Assembly: GCF_009914755.1 (NCBI RefSeq)
Contig: NC_060929.1
Strand: one strand, 5' to 3'
Source of the DNA: the human T2T-CHM13v2.0 reference genome, Homo sapiens
Length of the DNA stretch: 64,000 bases
Shown piece by piece: positions 61,667 to 64,000 of this stretch. Made by a program: the position numbers and the translations under genes. Each line of letters starts with the position of its first letter. The first letter of the stretch is position 1. A model generated the notes under the pieces. The model was not told the origin of the DNA and did no database searches. It saw nothing but the letters and a program-made list of their open reading frames with translations.

Positions 61667-62007
61667 CAGCGGTCCCCAACCTTTTTGGCACCAGGAACCA
61701 GTTTGGTGGAAGACCACTTTTCCACAGAGAGGGGGAAGGCATGGTTATGGGATGAAACAGTTCCACTTCAAATCATCAGGCATTAGTTAGAGTCTCATAA
61801 GGAGCATGAAACCTAGATCCCTCACATGCACAGTTCACAACAGGGTTTGTGCTCCTATGAGAATTTCATGCCCCCCACTGATCTGACGGGAGGTGGAGCT
61901 CAGGTGGTAATGTTCTCTTGCCAGCTGCTCACCTCCTGCTGTGTGGCCTGGTTCCTAAAAGGCCACAAATCAGTACCAGTCCATGGCCTAGGGGTTGGGG
62001 ACCCCTG
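61667..62007. mobile_element. MER1B hAT-Charlie DNA transposon, full length
   Basis: TIRs CAGCGGTCCCCAACC / GGTTGGGGACCCCTG; 8-bp TSD CT(C/A)TAAAG. Confidence 0.93.
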
Positions 62008-62074
62008 CTATAAAGGCACCAAAAGCTGCTTGCAGGTAAGGAAGAGCATCAACCACACAGAAAGGCCTGAGGGG

Positions 62075-62380
62075 CTGCCTTTGAACTCTCTCTATGTATG
62101 GGTAAGGGCAAAGGCTAGCACATATTGTGGAATGAAGAAAGCAAGTTGCAGTGAGAGTTTCCTTTATGTAAAATTAGTTCTATCCATCCATGTCTACAGA
62201 TGCACATGGACACAGGGGCAGGCCTGGAGCCACATTCACCAAGCCAGAAGGGATACGTGTAGTCAGTGCACCTTCCCAGAGTGCAGATATTCTCTGTCAC
62301 CTGCATGTTCTTGCCATATCTGATTATGACCTGTAATACAGATATTTAAACAGACTCATATTTTTATTTTAAAAAAATCT
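62075..62380 (+). mobile_element. L1ME-type 3' UTR fragment
   Basis: GAAAGCAAGTTGCAG...CCTTTATGTAAAA motif. Confidence 0.5.
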
Positions 62381-62430
62381 ACTCACTCTTGTCCCAAGCA
62401 AAAGTATCTGAAAAATCATGGCTTAGATGT

Positions 62431-62796
62431 TGTATTAGTCTATTTTCACACTGCTGTGAAGATACTACCTGAGACTGGGTAATTTATAAACAAAAGAGGT
62501 TTAATTGACTCACAGTTCCATATGGCTGGGGAGGCCTCAGGAAACTTACAGTCATGGCGGAAGGTGAAGGGAATTAGGTGCCTTCTTCACATGGTGGCAG
62601 GAGAGAGAGAGCGTGCAGGGAAAGCTGCTATTTTTAAAACCATCAGATCTCGTAAGAACTCCCTCACTATCACAAGAACAGCACGGGGGAAACCATCCCC
62701 ATCATCCAATTACCTCCCACCAGGTTCCTCCCTCAACATGTGGGGATTACAATTGGAGATTAGATTTGGGTGGGGACACAGAACCAAACCATATCA
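62431..62796 (-). mobile_element. THE1(D)/MST-type MaLR solo LTR
   Basis: TGTATTAGTC...CCAAACCATATCA ends; 5-bp TSD GATGT on both sides. Confidence 0.95.
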
Positions 62797-62921
62797 GATG
62801 TGGTAACTATATTTTTTCTAACATATATTACATAAAATATATTACATTAATTTGCTACTAAAATAAAAACAGTTAACCTGTGTGTCATCTAAAATCGTTT
62901 TTCATATAGTGCTTTTGTACA

Positions 62922-63172
62922 ACTGGCAAAGTGATTAAACACTTCGCTTCAGAATCCAACTACCAAAATTTGAATTCCAGCCCTGCCATTTGCTACTGTC
63001 TATTACTCAATAAATTCTTACCCTCTCTAAACCTCATTTTCTTATCTTTACATAGGGATGATCATTGGTAACTACCTGATAAGATTATTCATAAGAAATA
63101 AAATAATCAATGAAGAATGACTAGTGTAGTTTCTGGCACAGAGTAACCACTCAAATAAATGAGACTGTTAAA
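62922..63172 (+). mobile_element. MIR SINE
   Basis: TTGAATTCCAGCCCTGCCATTTGCTA...CTCTCTAAACCTCATTTTCTTATCT...CTGGCACAGAGTAA. Confidence 0.8.
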
Positions 63173-63185
63173 AGTTGGTTATTAG

Positions 63186-64000
63186 GGACTTCTGCTTATA
63201 GTCATGGTGAGGTAACTGGTACTAGATTTGCCCTCCCACTATAAACAACAAGAAAACTGAATAAAATAAGAAACCACTATTTAAAGATGATGGAAAACAG
63301 AAAACACAGGACAATGATCCAAAGAGAAAGAGAACAAATGAGGTGAGCCCTAAAATTACCTCAGCTTTCAACCTGAAGGCATTCTTTAGAATGTAACATT
63401 GTATTTGACAATTTCACTGTACACAATTAGATCTCAATAAAACCAGCTAAAAAAGAGAGACATAAAAACCCCAAAATATTTAGAGATAAATTTAACATAT
63501 ATGAAACTGCAGAGGACCTAGAATATATTTTTGTTTATATTGTAAAAATATAAAAATGTATTTTAGAAAGAGCAAAGTTGGCAGACTATCCTAGCTATCA
63601 AGGAATATAGCAAATTTATAGCAGCAGTGCTCAATGGGGCCAATTTCCCCCCCAGGGAACATCTGGCAAAGTTGGGAGACATTCTTTATTGTCATTACTC
63701 TGGAGGGAGGAGAGCAGTATGATATTGGCATCTAGTAGGTAGAGGCCAGAGATGCTGCTAAACATCCAACAGTGCACAGGACAATGGCCCGAAACAAAGA
63801 ATTATCTGGCTTAAAGTATCAATAGTGCCAAGGCTGAGAAACTGTGATCCACAATAAGGCAGTGAGTAGAGATCAATGGAACAGAATAGACAATCCAGGT
63901 ATGAATCCACATGTATATTACTGATTTTTGACAAATATGCCAATGTATATCAATGAGGGAAAGAAAAGTCTTTTCAGCCAGTGAGGCACAATAGCTATCC
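63186..64000 (+). mobile_element. Old L1M fragments (5'-end-like piece, then ORF2 pieces)
   Basis: ACAAATGAGGTGAGCCC motif; GATCAATGGAACAGAATAGA...CTGATTTTTGACAAA. Confidence 0.65.
63625..63846. mobile_element. MER20 DNA transposon nested in L1
   Basis: CCCCCAGGGAACATCTGGCAA...GGCATCTAGTAGGTAGAGGCCAGAGATGCTGCTAAACATCC...GCCAAGGCTGAGAAAC. Confidence 0.92.

Overview
This is primate (human-like) non-coding genomic DNA, and I find no credible protein-coding gene; the listed ORFs are by-products of repeats. About 46 kb is SATR1/SATR2-type satellite: a left block (3706-10488, opposite orientation) and a main array (15275-54830). The flanks are ordinary and rich in Alu, L1, L2, MIR, MaLR and MER elements. 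Three results stand out. (1) Monomers throughout the array are quasi-palindromes, and successive monomer variants change both arms together so the hairpin survives; individual arm-to-arm template-switch events are visible. (2) Flipping 3706-15274 appears to rejoin an Alu left and right arm, put the left block in the main array's orientation, and reunite two halves of an old L1ME-type 3' UTR. This suggests an ~11.6 kb inversion. (3) In the restored arrangement the satellite sits in the (TA)n tract of that L1ME and has simple AT-rich outer layers around a complex GC-richer core, consistent with in-situ birth from a microsatellite. Repeat subfamily calls are from memory of consensus sequences, and most boundaries are approximate.
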